Part shown: one piece after another, positions 62,644-64,000 of the stretch
Layout of the letters: each line of letters opens with the position of its first letter
Numbering within the stretch: position 1 is the first letter of the stretch
Assembly (NCBI GenBank): GCA_035486715.1
Contig: DATHMV010000033.1
Coordinates: 58,001-122,000 of the forward strand
Source of the DNA: Candidatus Aquilonibacter sp.
GTDB taxonomy: Bacteria > Acidobacteriota > Terriglobia > Terriglobales > Acidobacteriaceae
Length of the DNA: 64,000 nucleotides
Reading direction: 5' to 3'
Program-made: the position numbers and the translations under genes
Notes under the pieces: generated by a model
Told to the model about the DNA's origin: nothing
Databases searched by the model: none
The model's input: only the letters and a program-made list of their open reading frames with translations

Positions 62644-64000
62644 TCAAGTCCTGCCGGGGTTATCGGCGGCAATGACTTCGTAAGGACGCATCATTTCGTT
62701 GTCCTCGTGTTCGAGGATGTGGCAGTGCCACACATAACGCCCGGTAAAGCCCGCGAAAGGCACAATAATGCGCGTAACCATTCGAGAATGGGCTCGTACT
62801 GTATCTTTCCACCCAGCCTCTTCTGGCGCCGGAGGTTCGGGTGGTCCCATGAAGTGCAGTTGACGCTTGGTTTGGTATAGCCAGGGCTCGTAGGGTTGCC
62901 GGTCGAGAATTTGAAAGCGCACCAGGTGCAGGTGAATGGGATGAGTGTCGTTGGTGGGATTAATAAGCGTCCAAATCTCAGTCGATCCCAGCACCGGTTT
63001 TTCCGTGATCGGCATTTTCCAGTGGGATGCGTTCAGCAGCAGCATGGCGGGATTGCCTGACTTGGTGATGTACTCGTCGAGTGTTAGCAGGCGGGTTTGT
63101 GAGGCTTGTGACTCCGGGATCTTCGGCACCGGGCGCAGGGTAGCGGGTAATGAACTTGTGTCGGTTACTTTGGCTGATGTGACGCGGAACTGCATGACTA
63201 CAAAAGCGTCGCTTTTGAGGATGAGTTGCGCGCCTCTATGCTCACTGAAATCGACCACAAGATCGGCGCGTTCTCCTGGCGCAATTTCCAGCTTTGTTAG
63301 TGGAACTGGCGCGGGCAATAAACCTTGATCGGTTCCTATTTGGTGAAACTGCGCAGCGTTTGCAGTGGCATCTTTGTCATTGGCAAACGCCAGATGGTAG
63401 GTGCGGGCGTTGGAGCCGTTCAGTACCCGCAGGCGATATTTTCGGGGCTCTACCTCGGCATAGGGGAAAAGTTTTCCATTGACCAGAATAGCGTTGCCAA
63501 AAACTTCTGGAACCCACGGGGATTGCGGATCGGTCGAAACTGGATAGACTAGCTGCCCCTCTTTCGTTAGCCAGCGGTCATACAGAATCAGCGGCAACTC
63601 GTATTTGCCCTGGGGTAGATTTAGAGCATCTTCCACGGCATCTCGCACGAAGAATGTTCCTAACAGTCCGGCATACACATTCAGGCGGTTAATTCCCAAG
63701 GTGTGGTCGTGATACCAGAGCATGGCCGCATCCTGCTCGTTCGGATAGTAATAAAGCGAGGATTTTCCTGGGGCAATCCAGTCCTCCGGATAGCCGTCGC
63801 TTTCGGGCCCGGTTTTTGCGCCGTGTACGTGGACTACGGTGCGGACTGTGGGCTTATCGGCCTCGGCTCCATGAATGGTTTGGTCGACGGGCAAGAAATG
63901 CTCGTTTGGGAGGGCGTTCGCCCATTCCACCAGCAGCGGCTCGCCGGAGCGGGTTTCGAATGTTGGGCCTGGAGCCGAGGGTCCGAAGCTCCAGAATTTT
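62644..64000 (-). CDS. multicopper oxidase (CotA/bilirubin-oxidase-like); N-terminus lies outside the window
   Basis: WHCHILEHEDNEMM (C-terminal Cu motif), HPIHLHLV, LWYHDHT, VVHVHG. The frame stays open to nt 64000 (…GPTFETRSGEPLLVEWANALP). Confidence 0.9.
   Translation of the reverse strand, partial: KFWSFGPSAPGPTFETRSGEPLLVEWANALPNEHFLPVDQTIHGAEADKPTVRTVVHVHGAKTGPESDGYPEDWIAPGKSSLYYYPNEQDAAMLWYHDHTLGINRLNVYAGLLGTFFVRDAVEDALNLPQGKYELPLILYDRWLTKEGQLVYPVSTDPQSPWVPEVFGNAILVNGKLFPYAEVEPRKYRLRVLNGSNARTYHLAFANDKDATANAAQFHQIGTDQGLLPAPVPLTKLEIAPGERADLVVDFSEHRGAQLILKSDAFVVMQFRVTSAKVTDTSSLPATLRPVPKIPESQASQTRLLTLDEYITKSGNPAMLLLNASHWKMPITEKPVLGSTEIWTLINPTNDTHPIHLHLVRFQILDRQPYEPWLYQTKRQLHFMGPPEPPAPEEAGWKDTVRAHSRMVTRIIVPFAGFTGRYVWHCHILEHEDNEMMRPYEVIAADNPGRT

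Overview
This is a 64-kb chromosomal segment that looks like Acidobacteriota (Terriglobia-like). The pointers are an acidobacterial-type VWFA protein, two giant CarboxypepD_reg/TonB-dependent-receptor-like outer-membrane proteins, and abundant REP-like intergenic repeats of the GTCATCCTGAGCGAAGCGAAGGATC and GCTGAATGC types. Most of the window is housekeeping. It holds a complete proteobacterial-style isc operon (iscR-iscS-iscU-iscA-hscB-hscA-fdx-iscX), galT, yraN, greA, cca, gatCA, cysS, pgsA and one tRNA-Val(GAC). It also holds a corrinoid salvage and uptake locus (cbiZ-cbiB, cobalamin riboswitch, PduO-type adenosyltransferase, BtuFCD-like ABC importer). A hexuronate/pectin-type catabolic cluster follows (ExuT-like MFS, FMN dehydrogenase, uronate-isomerase-like gene, uxaA, OMP, large glycoside hydrolase). 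The remainder is assorted envelope, exporter and peptidase genes. I see no CRISPR array, integrase, transposase or recognisable named defence system. Three places look worth follow-up. (1) A tRNA-Val-proximal ~12.5-kb block encodes a LytS-type kinase with an N-terminal DUF1272-like zinc ribbon, flanked by two paralogous coiled-coil/winged-helix proteins, plus a LytTR regulator and two paralogous giant OM receptors. The receptor upstream regions share a module at identical spacing and GCATTT-type repeats, and the block ends at a truncated antiporter relic. (2) An SdpA/SdpB-like (HTTM) gene pair has no visible substrate gene. (3) A 5'-truncated, AT-richer block at the window start pairs an AlbA_2/HATPase_c_4 protein with a stand-alone ClpP-like protease. 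All family assignments come from motif recognition by eye. No searches or computations were run.
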